Below, one piece after another: positions 38,409 through 48,139 of a DNA stretch of 64,000 nucleotides. The stretch's first letter is position 1; each line of letters begins with the position of its first letter. The stretch comes from Alphaproteobacteria bacterium. Its GTDB lineage: Bacteria > Pseudomonadota > Alphaproteobacteria > MPNO01. The notes beneath the pieces were generated by a model. It saw only the letters and a program-made list of their open reading frames with translations. It ran no database searches and had not been told where the DNA came from. The position numbers were made by a program, and so were the translations under genes. The stretch lies in NCBI GenBank assembly GCA_965248835.1, contig CBDFLJ010000001.1:512001-576000 (forward strand). The letters are read 5' to 3'.

Positions 38409-39154
38409 TGAGATCCAAGGCGACAGGTCTGATCTGGGCCGCCTCGGCGGCGGTGCTGATCGCCGGATGCGCGTCTCCGTCGCGGTTGGGGATGGTCCAG
38501 CAAGAGGGCACCGGTCTGCAATTCGGCTCGGCGGTCGAGAACAACATCGTCACCGACGCGTCGTTCTTTCCCAACAAGAAGATCAAGATCCGCACGCGCA
38601 ACACCTCCGGCGATCTCGCCTTTGGTCTGCGCCGCTTCGCGGCAAACCTGAGCGATGCCTTCGAATCCAAAGGGTATCAGCCGACCCGGGGCGACGATTT
38701 CGGCCTGTTGCTCGACGTCAACGTTTTGTACAGCGGCCAGGTCCAATCGAACCTTGCGAATGAATTCGCCTTTCTCGGCGGCGCCGGGGGCGGCTTGGCC
38801 GCGTCGGCCGCAAGCGGCGGCAGGTCGGTCCCGACGCTGGGCGGCATGATCGCGGGCGCAACGCTTGGGGCGATCATCGGAAGCTACGTCACCGATGACA
38901 CCTACATCATCGTTGCCGAGGTGACCGTCGGCGAGGTCAAGACGGTCATGAGATCGAAGAAGCGCATCACGTTCAGTCGGAGCGCCACGACTCGTCACGA
39001 GGCCGATGACTCCGAAGAGACGAACCGGCGTGGTCTGCGCAGTTCGGTCAGGAACAAAGTGGCGGTCTATGCCGGCGGTCGGAATGTGCCCCAGTCGCGC
39101 ATCGCCGACGAGGTGCGCCAGCGGATCATCCGCATCGTCAGCGACATCATTTAG
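38405..39154 (+). CDS. TraT-like (complement-resistance family) lipoprotein
   Basis: Lipobox IAGC, RNTSGD, glycine zipper GGAGGG...GMIAGATLGAIIG; start overlaps the protease stop. Confidence 0.65.
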   Translation: MMRSKATGLIWAASAAVLIAGCASPSRLGMVQQEGTGLQFGSAVENNIVTDASFFPNKKIKIRTRNTSGDLAFGLRRFAANLSDAFESKGYQPTRGDDFGLLLDVNVLYSGQVQSNLANEFAFLGGAGGGLAASAASGGRSVPTLGGMIAGATLGAIIGSYVTDDTYIIVAEVTVGEVKTVMRSKKRITFSRSATTRHEADDSEETNRRGLRSSVRNKVAVYAGGRNVPQSRIADEVRQRIIRIVSDII

Positions 39155-39205
39155 AGCAGACCTGTTTTTGATTGAGGCGCACTGGCCCGGAGCCCGCCCG
39201 CCCGC

Positions 39206-42200
39206 TCAATGAAAGTCCCGTGAGGGGTAGTGGCGCGCGGCGCGGGCGGCGGCGCCCGGGATTTTCTCGGCGCGGGCGTGCGGCGGGCTGATCGGAGCCT
39301 GCCCGGTGGCTAGTGCGCGCAGGCGCTCGGTGTGGTCCTCCAGGCGCCGGGCGATGACGTGGATGACGATCCCCTCGCGCTGCAGTTCGCCGGTGACCTG
39401 CAACAGCCGGGCAGCCATGACCTCGCGGCGGTAGCGCTCGAAGGTCTTCGGCCAGACCACCAGGTTGGCAATCCCGGTCTCGTCTTCCAGGGTGATGAAG
39501 ATCACGCCCGAGGCGGTGCCCGGGCGCTGGCGGACCAGCACGAGCCCGGCGACGGTGACCCGCGCCCCGTCGGCGAGCGCGGCCAGCCGTGCGGCAGGGA
39601 CCGCGCCGGCATCGGCGAACGCGATGCGCATCAGCGCCAGGGGGTGCTGCTTGAGCGATATCCGGACCGCGGCATAGTCCTCGGCGACCTCCTCGCCCAG
39701 GCTCATCACCGGCAGGGCGAAGGGCGCGTCGGCGCGGCCCTGTCCGGTTGTGGCGAACAGCGGCGGCGGGTCGGGCTCGAACGCGCGGACCGCCCACAAT
39801 GCCTGGCGCCGGGTTCGCCCGGTCGAGCCGAACGCATCGGCGCGCGCGAGCCTCTCCAGCGCCGCCACCGGTAGCGCGGCCCGGCGCCCGAGATCAGCCG
39901 GGTCGGCGAACGGGCGGGGGTGCGGCGCGCTGCGGGCGGCGGCCAGCGCTTTGGCGTGGTCCTGCGAAAACCCCTTGATCTGGCGCAGGCCCAGGCGCAG
40001 CGCCCGGCCACCGGCCCCGCCCGCATCGGTCTCCTCCAGCGTACAGTCCCAGTCCGAATGGTTGACGTCGACCGGGCGCACCGGCACGCCGTGCTCCCTG
40101 GCGTCGCGCACCAGCTGGGCCGGAGCATAAAAGCCCATCGGCTGGCTGTTGAGGATGGCAGCGGCGAAGATGTCGGGATGGTGGCACTTGAGCCAGGCCG
40201 AGACATAGACCAGGAGCGCGAAGCTGGCGGCGTGGGATTCCGGGAAGCCGTACTCGCCGAAGCCCTCGATCTGCTTGAAGCAGCGCTCGGCGAACGCGGC
40301 CTCATAACCGTTAGCGACCATGCCCTTGACCAGCTTTTCATGGAAGGTCTGGATGGTACCGACGCGGCGGAAGGTCGCCATCGCCCGACGCAGCCGGTCG
40401 GCCTCGGAAGGCGTGAACCCGGCCGCGACGATGGCGATCTTCATCGCCTGTTCCTGGAACAGCGGCACGCCGAGAGTCTTCGCGAGCACCGAGCGCAGCG
40501 CCTCGGTGGGGTAGTCGACCGCCTCCTCGCCGCGCCTGCGGCGCAGATAGGGGTGGACCATGTCGCCCTGGATCGGGCCGGGGCGGACAATCGCCACCTC
40601 GATGACCAGATCGTAGAAATTGCGCGGCCGAAGCCGCGGCAGCATGGTCATCTGGGCGCGGCTCTCGACCTGGAAGACGCCCACCGAATCGGCCTCGCAA
40701 AGCATGTCGTAGACCGCCGGATCCTCGGCCGGGATCCCGGCCAGATCGAGGTCGCGGCCATAATGGTCGCGCAGCAGGTCGAGCCCCTTGCGGATGCAGG
40801 TCAGCATGCCGAGCCCGAGCACGTCGATCTTGAGGATGCGCAGCGCATCCAGATCGTCCTTGTCCCACTCGATGGTGGTGCGATCCTTCATGGCCGCGTT
40901 GGCGATCGGCACCACCTCCGACAGCGGGCCGCGGGTGATCACGAAGCCGCCGACATGCTGGGACAGGTGGCGCGGGAAGCCGGTGAGCTCGCGGGTCAGC
41001 GCGATGGTCATCGCCAGCCGCTCGTCGTCGGGATCGAGCCCGACCTCGCGGATGTGGTCCTCGTTAACCCCGCCGGAGCGCCATCCCCAGACGGTGCCGG
41101 CGAGGGCCGCGATGGTATCGCCGCTCAGCCCCAACGCCTTGCCGACCTCGCGCACCGCGCTCCTGAAGCGGTAGTGGATGACAGTCGCGGCAAGCCCTGC
41201 GCGCTCGCGGCCGTATTTCTTGTAGATGTGCTGGATGACCTCCTCGCGCCGCTCGTGCTCGAAATCGATGTCGATGTCGGGCGGCTCGTTGCGCTCGGCG
41301 CTGACGAAGCGCTCGAACAGGAGGTCCACGCGGCTGGGATCGACCGCTGTGATGCCCAGGCAGTAGCAGACCGCGGAGTTGGCCGCCGACCCGCGTCCCT
41401 GGCACAGGATGGACTGGCTGCACGCGAAGCGGACGATGTCGTGGACGGTCAGGAAATAGGGCGCGTAGTCGAGATCGCCGATCAGGGCGAGCTCGTGGGC
41501 GAGCTGGCCGGCGACGCGTTCGGGAATACCGTCGGGATAGCGCCAGGCCGCCCCTTCCCAGGTCAGCCTTTCGAGCTCGCCCTGCGGCGTGGTGCCGGGC
41601 GGCGCCTCGTCGTCGGGGTATTCGTAGCGCAGCATGTCCAGGTTGAACGCGCAGGCCTCGACGATCTCCAGGCTGCGTGCGACGGCGTCTTCGTGGCCGC
41701 GGAACAGTCGGACCATCTCGCCGGCGGGCTTGAGGTGGCGCTCGGCGTTGGCGGCCAGCCGGTAGCCCGCCTGATCGATCGTGCAATGCTCGCGGATGCA
41801 GGTCAGCACGTCGGCCAGTCGGCGACGCGCGGGTGCGTGCGCATGCACGTCGTTGGTCGCCACCAGCGGGGCGTCCGCGCGCGCCGCGACCGCTGCCAGG
41901 TGGCCGATCCGCGCCCGGTCGTCGCCGCGATACAGATGGCTCGCCGCCAGGTGAACCGCCGGGCCGATACGCCGCCGGAGCGAGACCAGGTGGTCCTCGA
42001 AACCCGGATCGATCGATCCGTCGGGAGCAACCGGCGGCAGGACGATCAAGATCTGGCCGGTTGCATGCTCGAGCAGGTCGGCCAGCCCGATCTCGCAGCT
42101 TCCCTTGGGCGCGCGGCGGCGGCCGATGGTCAACAGCCGCGACAGCCGGCCATAGGCCGTCCGGTCGCGCGGCAGGCACAAAAGGGACGGCGCATCGCCG

Positions 42201-42409
42201 AAATCGAGCCTGGCGCCGATCACCAGCCGCATGCCGGTCTCACGCGCGGCCACATGGGCGCGCACCACCCCGGCCAGCGTGTTGCGATCGGTCACCGCGA
42301 CCGCGGCGAGGCCGAGCGCGGCGGCGGTCCGGACGATCTCCTCGGGATGCGAGGCGCCGCGCAGGAACGAGAAGTTGGTCGTCACCTGGAGCTCGGCGTA
42401 GTCGGCCAT
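39206..42409 (-). CDS. dnaE2: Error-prone DNA polymerase DnaE2 (ImuC)
   Basis: YAELQVTTNFSFLRGAS, GRGSAANS, PDIDIDFEH, YGFPESH, RQRPGTA, terminal SRDFH. Confidence 0.97.
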   Translation of the reverse strand: MADYAELQVTTNFSFLRGASHPEEIVRTAAALGLAAVAVTDRNTLAGVVRAHVAARETGMRLVIGARLDFGDAPSLLCLPRDRTAYGRLSRLLTIGRRRAPKGSCEIGLADLLEHATGQILIVLPPVAPDGSIDPGFEDHLVSLRRRIGPAVHLAASHLYRGDDRARIGHLAAVAARADAPLVATNDVHAHAPARRRLADVLTCIREHCTIDQAGYRLAANAERHLKPAGEMVRLFRGHEDAVARSLEIVEACAFNLDMLRYEYPDDEAPPGTTPQGELERLTWEGAAWRYPDGIPERVAGQLAHELALIGDLDYAPYFLTVHDIVRFACSQSILCQGRGSAANSAVCYCLGITAVDPSRVDLLFERFVSAERNEPPDIDIDFEHERREEVIQHIYKKYGRERAGLAATVIHYRFRSAVREVGKALGLSGDTIAALAGTVWGWRSGGVNEDHIREVGLDPDDERLAMTIALTRELTGFPRHLSQHVGGFVITRGPLSEVVPIANAAMKDRTTIEWDKDDLDALRILKIDVLGLGMLTCIRKGLDLLRDHYGRDLDLAGIPAEDPAVYDMLCEADSVGVFQVESRAQMTMLPRLRPRNFYDLVIEVAIVRPGPIQGDMVHPYLRRRRGEEAVDYPTEALRSVLAKTLGVPLFQEQAMKIAIVAAGFTPSEADRLRRAMATFRRVGTIQTFHEKLVKGMVANGYEAAFAERCFKQIEGFGEYGFPESHAASFALLVYVSAWLKCHHPDIFAAAILNSQPMGFYAPAQLVRDAREHGVPVRPVDVNHSDWDCTLEETDAGGAGGRALRLGLRQIKGFSQDHAKALAAARSAPHPRPFADPADLGRRAALPVAALERLARADAFGSTGRTRRQALWAVRAFEPDPPPLFATTGQGRADAPFALPVMSLGEEVAEDYAAVRISLKQHPLALMRIAFADAGAVPAARLAALADGARVTVAGLVLVRQRPGTASGVIFITLEDETGIANLVVWPKTFERYRREVMAARLLQVTGELQREGIVIHVIARRLEDHTERLRALATGQAPISPPHARAEKIPGAAARAARHYPSRDFH

Positions 42410-42414
42410 CGCGC

Positions 42415-44025
42415 TCACCCGAACAGGCCGTGGAGGAACCAGGCGGGCGCCGCGCCGGGACGGTAGAGGCCTTCGCGGTAGAGCCAGAAGCGCCGGCCCT
42501 CGCTGTCCTCGATACGGTAGTAGTCGCGCAGGGCAGCCGCGTCGTCCGTCTCGGGCGCGCGCCACCATTCCGGCGCGATGCGCTCGGGCCCCTCGGCGCG
42601 GCTGACGCGATGGAGCACCCGGCGCCAGCGGAACATCAGCGGCGGGTCGTCCGGGATCGGCGCCACCGCTTCGATCGGCTCGGGCCGGACCAGCAGGCGC
42701 AGCGGGCGCGGCGCGGCCGGCCAGGCGGCGGCACCCGCGCGCCCCGCCGCCCGCAAGGCGGGCCGGGCAGCCACCGCGCGTTCGGGCACGTGGCTTTCGC
42801 GTGCGGCCAGGCGGACCACCCGCGCAGGCCCCAGCCGGTTGGCCAGCCGGTCGATCAGCGCGCCGGCACCGGGGTCGCCAGCACCGGTCCGCCCGTCCTC
42901 GAACGTCGTCTGGGCCGCGCCCTGGCAGTCGGTCTCCGGTGCCGCGAGCGTCATCGCCTCGATGCCGAAAGCGGTCTGGAGCCCGGCCAGCGGCTCGGCG
43001 AACAGCCGGGCGAGGTGGCCGGTATCGCGCGAGGGCCGGCTGGTGCCGACGACGAAGCGGTGGAAGGCGCCGTCGGGCTCGAACAGGGTGAGCACCACGC
43101 GCCTTGCCCCGCGCCGGCGGCGGGCGAGGCCGCAGGCCAGCCGGGCGAGCAGGCGCTCGAGCGCGGCTGCGATGTCGTCCGCCGTCGCAATCGGCTCGGC
43201 GAAGCCCAGCCGGGCGAAATGGGGCTCGGCCGGGGCATCGGGCGACAGCGGCTCGCCGGCGTCGCCCAGCGCCGCATCGAGCCGGGCTGCGAGCGCGGAC
43301 CCGAAGCGCGCGGCGACGCTCGCACGCGGCAGGTCGAGGACCGCGCCCACGGTCCTCAAGCCCAGCGCATCCAGCGCCGCGACCGTCTCGGGCGCGATGC
43401 GCAGCGCGGCCGTCGGCAGCGGGGCGAGGAAAGCGCGCGCGCCGCCCTCGGGCACGATTGTCCAGCCCGGCCGGCCGGCCGCTTCGCCGGTCGGGAACCG
43501 GGCGGCCGCCCACGCCGCGCCCGGGGTATCGGCGAGGCCGGCGCGGGCGGTGTAGCCGGCTGCGCCGAGCCGCGCGGTCAAATCGCCGAGCAGGGCGGGC
43601 TCGCCGCCGAACAGGTGGGCGCAGCCGCTGACGTCGAGCCAGAGCCCGCCCGCCCCGCCGATCGTCTCCGCCGGGGCTGACTCGGGCGTGGTCCAGGGGC
43701 TGTAGCGGCCGCACCAGCCGGTCAGGCGCTCGAGCGCCGCGGCATCGCCCGGCGGATCGCCGGTCACGGTCTTTAGGCCCTGCAAGATCGCCCTGGCATC
43801 GACGAGCGGCAGCCCCGGGTGCAGTCCGGCCGCGCCGGCCGCCGCATCGAGCCCGGCCAGCACCAGCCGGCCGTCGACCTCGACCGTGGTCGCCAGCGGC
43901 CGGACGGACGGCCGGGCCGGGCCGGGCTGTTCGGAACCGGCTCTAGCCGGCCGCGCGCGGGCGCGCCGGTGCAGCCGGTCGGTCGCGAAGCGGGGCAGCC
44001 AAAGCGAGATCACGCGTTTCATCAC
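42415..44025 (-). CDS. imuB: Y-family polymerase-like ImuB
   Basis: SLWLPRFATDR, RYSP, LDVSGCAHLFGGE, GPERIAPEWW, RDYY, WFLHGLF. Confidence 0.93.
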   Translation of the reverse strand: MMKRVISLWLPRFATDRLHRRARARPARAGSEQPGPARPSVRPLATTVEVDGRLVLAGLDAAAGAAGLHPGLPLVDARAILQGLKTVTGDPPGDAAALERLTGWCGRYSPWTTPESAPAETIGGAGGLWLDVSGCAHLFGGEPALLGDLTARLGAAGYTARAGLADTPGAAWAAARFPTGEAAGRPGWTIVPEGGARAFLAPLPTAALRIAPETVAALDALGLRTVGAVLDLPRASVAARFGSALAARLDAALGDAGEPLSPDAPAEPHFARLGFAEPIATADDIAAALERLLARLACGLARRRRGARRVVLTLFEPDGAFHRFVVGTSRPSRDTGHLARLFAEPLAGLQTAFGIEAMTLAAPETDCQGAAQTTFEDGRTGAGDPGAGALIDRLANRLGPARVVRLAARESHVPERAVAARPALRAAGRAGAAAWPAAPRPLRLLVRPEPIEAVAPIPDDPPLMFRWRRVLHRVSRAEGPERIAPEWWRAPETDDAAALRDYYRIEDSEGRRFWLYREGLYRPGAAPAWFLHGLFG

Positions 44026-44809
44026 GCCATTCCACGTCCCAGGTCCCAGGCATTCCGCCGCGGCAGCGAAACAGCTCCAGCCGCCAGCGCAGCGGCGCGA
44101 GCCCGGTGGTGAAACCCTCGCCGGGCACCGCTTTGCCGGGCACCGGGCCGATGCGCCAGCGGGTCAGCGCCGCGCTGGGCGCATCGCCGACGGCCGACGG
44201 GCGCAGCATCAGGGCGGCCACGCCGCGGCTTTCGGCGGCGAGCTGCAGCCGCCTGGTCTGGCTGAGCGAGGCCTTGCACACCGCGCCCACCACCGCTGCG
44301 AGGGCCGGGCAGCGCAGCCCTTCCTCCATCGCCCACAAAGTCTCGGCATCGCGTCCGGTGGAGGCGACGATCAGCCGCGCCGGGTCGAGCCCGAAGCGCC
44401 TCAACCCCGGGGCATACAGCATCCCGGCATCGAGCACCCGAGGGGCTTCGCACCACAGCACCGCCGCGCTGCCGGCATCGGCAAGGCGGGCGCAGAGCAG
44501 GGCGCAGAACGCGCTCGCCATGCCGGCATCGGCGGCCACCACGTCATGCAGCCCGCCGGCGGCGAGCCCGCCCCAGGGCAGGCGCGCATCGATCGCGGCG
44601 ACGCCGAGGGCGAGCGCCGGAGTGTCGCGCCCGGCCATCGGCCCGCCCTCGATGCGCCGGACCGCTGCGCGAAGCCGTTCCAGCCCCGCGCGGTCGACAG
44701 CCCGGCGATGGGCCGCGATGCGGCCCCGATCGCGTCCAGGTGCCGAGGCTGGCGGCGGCGAAGACGGTCCTTCGACGAGGCGGATGTCGGGGGGCATCAC
44801 GGACTCCAT
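43943..44809 (-). CDS. imuA: RecA-like ImuA
   Basis: GGLHD, LWAMEEGLRC, RRLQLAAE, TRWRI, LELFRCRG; first gene of the imu cassette. Confidence 0.9.
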   Translation of the reverse strand: MESVMPPDIRLVEGPSSPPPASAPGRDRGRIAAHRRAVDRAGLERLRAAVRRIEGGPMAGRDTPALALGVAAIDARLPWGGLAAGGLHDVVAADAGMASAFCALLCARLADAGSAAVLWCEAPRVLDAGMLYAPGLRRFGLDPARLIVASTGRDAETLWAMEEGLRCPALAAVVGAVCKASLSQTRRLQLAAESRGVAALMLRPSAVGDAPSAALTRWRIGPVPGKAVPGEGFTTGLAPLRWRLELFRCRGGMPGTWDVEWRDETRDLALAAPLRDRPAAPARPRAAG

Positions 44810-44810
44810 T

Positions 44811-44850
44811 GTTCGCTTTATGTTCTATTATTGTTCCTGTTTGGAGTCAA
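44811..44850 (-). promoter_or_regulatory. Tandem alphaproteobacterial LexA boxes and imuA promoter
   Basis: GTTC-N7-GTTC-N7-GTTC at 44811-44836; minus-strand TTGACT-N17-TAGAAC overlapping them. Confidence 0.88.
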
Positions 44851-44932
44851 GCTTTTCCAATCCGGCCAAGGTTGAGCCCCGCGTCGGCATCGCCTAGAAA
44901 ACGCCCGCCACGCAGATGCGGAGACCCTGCCG

Positions 44933-45781
44933 ATGGACCGGACCATCGCCCCCGACACCTCCGAGTCGCTTCGCGCGCGCCTGCGCGTCTGGACCGAGAC
45001 GCCGCGGTTCCGCTACGCGATCCTCGCGCTGATCCTCTTCAATGCGATCTCCCTGGGGCTGGAGACCTCGCCCAGCGTCGTGGCGGCCACCGGCGGTGCG
45101 CTGCGGATCCTGGACGCCGCGGTGCTCACGGTCTTCGTGGCCGAGATCCTGATCCGGATCTACGCCCACGGCCCAGCCTTCTTCCGCGATCCGTGGGGGG
45201 TGTTCGACTTCGTGGTGGTCGGCGTCGCGCTCGCCCCGGCGGGCCAGGGCTTCGCCGCGCTGCGGGCGCTGCGGGTGCTGCGCGCCTTCCGGCTGGTCTC
45301 GGCGGTTCCCCGGATGCGCCGGGTGGTCGAGGCGCTGCTGCGCGCGGTGCCGGGGATCGGCGCGGTCGGAGCGCTCCTGATCCTGGTCTTCTACGTTTTC
45401 TCGGTGATCGCGACCAACCTCTACGGGGCGGACTTCCCCGAATGGTTCGGCACCATCGGGCGCTCGATGTTCTCGCTGTTCCAGATCATGACCCTGGAGA
45501 GCTGGTCGATGGGTATCGTTCGCCCGGTGATGGCGATGCACGATTACGCCTGGGCGTTTTTCGTCCCGTTCATCATCGTGTCCAGCTTCACGGTGCTCAA
45601 CCTGTTCATCGCCATCATCGTGGATTCGATGCAGGCACTCCACGATGCCGAGCGCGCGCAGACCGTCGCCGAGGTCACCCATGTCGTCGACACCGATGCG
45701 CACCTGGTCTCGGCCGAGATCGCCAGCCTGCGCAGCGAGATCGCGGCGCTCAGAACCAGCCTCGAGAAGCGCGGACGCTGA
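44933..45781 (+). CDS. Bacterial voltage-gated sodium channel (BacNav family)
   Basis: S4 RALRVLRAFR, selectivity filter TLESWSM, C-terminal coiled coil. Confidence 0.92.
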   Translation: MDRTIAPDTSESLRARLRVWTETPRFRYAILALILFNAISLGLETSPSVVAATGGALRILDAAVLTVFVAEILIRIYAHGPAFFRDPWGVFDFVVVGVALAPAGQGFAALRALRVLRAFRLVSAVPRMRRVVEALLRAVPGIGAVGALLILVFYVFSVIATNLYGADFPEWFGTIGRSMFSLFQIMTLESWSMGIVRPVMAMHDYAWAFFVPFIIVSSFTVLNLFIAIIVDSMQALHDAERAQTVAEVTHVVDTDAHLVSAEIASLRSEIAALRTSLEKRGR

Positions 45782-45888
45782 AGCCCGCCGGCCAGACTCT
45801 GTTGCCGTGCAGGCGGTCTTTCAGTATCAACGCTAGAGGTCGGAAACGCTTCCAGGCGTCCTACCGCCAATTCTCCAGCCGGGCCGAC

Positions 45889-48099
45889 ATGTCCAGACTG
45901 CGGCGCTGCGTTCTGCGACGGATCTTCGTGGTGACGGTCATGGGTACCGTCGGGCTGGTCGTGGCAGTCTCGTTCCACGCCGGCACCGCCCTGAGCGTTC
46001 TCGCCCAGCCCGTCCCGCCCGACGACGGCCCGGTCCTGTTCAAGTCCGACAGCCTGTCCTACGACCGGGAGCGCGAGACGGTGACCGCGCGCGGCAACGT
46101 CGAGATCATCCGGGACGAGCGCATCTTGCGCGCCGACCAAGTGGTCTACGACCGCAAGGCCGACAGGGTGACCGCCACCGGCAACGTCTCGATCCTCGAG
46201 CCGTCGGGCGATGTGATGTTCGCCGACAGCTTCGAGGTCTCCGGCGATCTCAAGGACGGTGTGGCCGAGGGCATCAGACTGCGGTTCGCCGACGACGCGC
46301 GGCTGGACGCCGCCGGCGGTCGGCGCGTGGGCGGCACCCGCACGGAGCTGGACCGGGCCGTCTACTCGCCCTGCCCGCTGTGCGAGGACGATCCGACCAA
46401 GCCGCCGACCTGGCAGGTGAAGGCGGACCGGGTGGTCCACGACCGCACCGCCAAGGAAGTGGTCTATCGCGATGCGACGCTGGAGATGTGGGGCGTACCG
46501 GTACTCTATATGCCCTACCTGTCGCACTCGGACCCGACGGTCAAGCGCAAGACCGGCGTGCTGGCGCCGGTCTTCGGCCGCGACACCGCGCTCGGGCTGA
46601 CCGCCCAGCTACCGGTGTTCATCAACATCGCGCCCAACAAGGATGCGACGCTGACGCCCATCATCACCTCCAAGGAAGGGGCGGTGGGGCTCCTCGCATA
46701 CCGCCACCGGTTCGTCGGCGGCCAGTTCTCCGGCGAGGGCAGCCTGACCGAGGCGAGCACCCAGACCCGGTCCTCGGCCATCCGCGGCCACTTCGACGGC
46801 GGCATCCGCTATGACATCGACGACTCCTGGCGGACCGGGCTCGACATCGCCTTCGCCTCCGACGACACCTATCTCGGCCGCTACGACTTCTCCTCGGAAA
46901 AGACGCTGACCAGCAACCTCTTCGTCGAGAGGTTCGGCGGGCGCAGCTACTTCGCCGCCAACGCATACCGGTTCCAGGGCCTGCGGGAGAGCGATGCCCA
47001 GAAGACGATTCCGCTGGTGCTGCCCGAGATCGACTACAGCTTTTTCGGCGCCCCCGACCGGCTCGGCGGCCGGCTCAGCGTCGATGCCAATCTCCGCGCA
47101 CTGGTGCGTGATACCGGCGGCCAGAGCGTCCGTCTGTCGCTCGACAACGGCTGGACCCTGCCATACACCACCGCGGACGGACAGCGGCTGACGCTGTTCG
47201 CCAGGCTCCAGTCCGACGGTTACTGGCTCAAGGATCAGCCCGATCCGGACGACCCGGGGCGACGGTTCCAGGGCTTCTCCGGCCGGCTTTTCCCACAGGT
47301 CGGGCTCGACTGGCGGTATCCGTTGGTCCGCCAAGGCCGCTGGTTCTCGGAGGTGCTGGAGCCGGTCGTCGGCATCATCGCCGCGCCCGACGGCGGCAAC
47401 CCCTCCAAGGTGCCCAACGAGGACAGCCTCGACCTGGAGCTCAACGAGACCAACGTCTTCTCGCGCTCGCGCCTGACCGGGCTCGATCTGGTCGAAAACG
47501 GGCAGCGGGCCTATTACGGCGCCCAGCTGCGCCTGATCGCGCCCAACGGCCAGGGCGCGACGGCGTTCCTTGGCCAGAGCTACCGTATCGGCGGCAGCGA
47601 CCTGTTCCCCGTCGGCTCGGGCCTGGAGGACGACTTGTCCGACATCGTCGGGCGGTTCTCCCTGGACGCGGGCAAGCTTGCGCGCATCCTCTACCGCTTC
47701 AGGTTGGACGGCGAGGACATCACGGCCGATCGCAACGAGCTCGAGGCCGACATCGGGACCGACGATCTGAGGCTGAGCGGGAACTACCTGTTCATCAGAG
47801 GCCAGCCGACGCCCGGCGGGGTCGCCGACCGCGAAGAGGTGAGCTTGCGTCTGGCGGCCAGGATCGCCGGGAATATGCGGCTCGTCGGCTCGACCCGCCG
47901 CGACATCGCCGCGAAGCGCGCGCTCAGGCACCGGGTCGAGGTCGGCTACGAGGATGACTGCTTTGCCGTGACGCTGAGCTTCACGCGCGACTTCACCGAG
48001 GACCGGGACATCCGCCCGACCGATTCGGTTTCCCTGCGGATCAACCTGCGCACGCTCGGGTCCGCCGGCGGCAGAACCCGACCACGCGCGGACCAATAG
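45889..48099 (+). CDS. lptD: LPS-assembly protein LptD
   Basis: OstA-like ARGNVEI/ATGNVSI, YSPCPLC, TWQVKA, SDDTYL, PNEDS, YEDDCF; the track ORF from 44740 is over-extended. Confidence 0.88.
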   Translation: MSRLRRCVLRRIFVVTVMGTVGLVVAVSFHAGTALSVLAQPVPPDDGPVLFKSDSLSYDRERETVTARGNVEIIRDERILRADQVVYDRKADRVTATGNVSILEPSGDVMFADSFEVSGDLKDGVAEGIRLRFADDARLDAAGGRRVGGTRTELDRAVYSPCPLCEDDPTKPPTWQVKADRVVHDRTAKEVVYRDATLEMWGVPVLYMPYLSHSDPTVKRKTGVLAPVFGRDTALGLTAQLPVFINIAPNKDATLTPIITSKEGAVGLLAYRHRFVGGQFSGEGSLTEASTQTRSSAIRGHFDGGIRYDIDDSWRTGLDIAFASDDTYLGRYDFSSEKTLTSNLFVERFGGRSYFAANAYRFQGLRESDAQKTIPLVLPEIDYSFFGAPDRLGGRLSVDANLRALVRDTGGQSVRLSLDNGWTLPYTTADGQRLTLFARLQSDGYWLKDQPDPDDPGRRFQGFSGRLFPQVGLDWRYPLVRQGRWFSEVLEPVVGIIAAPDGGNPSKVPNEDSLDLELNETNVFSRSRLTGLDLVENGQRAYYGAQLRLIAPNGQGATAFLGQSYRIGGSDLFPVGSGLEDDLSDIVGRFSLDAGKLARILYRFRLDGEDITADRNELEADIGTDDLRLSGNYLFIRGQPTPGGVADREEVSLRLAARIAGNMRLVGSTRRDIAAKRALRHRVEVGYEDDCFAVTLSFTRDFTEDRDIRPTDSVSLRINLRTLGSAGGRTRPRADQ

Positions 48100-48139
48100 A
48101 GCGGATTGCGAACACGCTCCGACGACGGGCGGGCGCCGG

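Noticed and set aside
38405-39154. TraT-like gene as a sign of a conjugative element
   Set aside because: No T4SS, relaxase, integrase or att-like repeats seen
39920-42466. 848-aa plus-strand ORF
   Set aside because: Antisense shadow of dnaE2
39206-43714. 1502-aa ORF suggesting an ImuB-DnaE2 fusion
   Set aside because: The first 435 codons are an off-frame read of imuB; DnaE2 starts at 42409 and imuB has its own stop at 42415
44740-48099. 1119-aa ORF suggesting a channel-LptD fusion
   Set aside because: The N-terminal part is an alternative frame over the channel gene; LptD-like sequence begins near 45889
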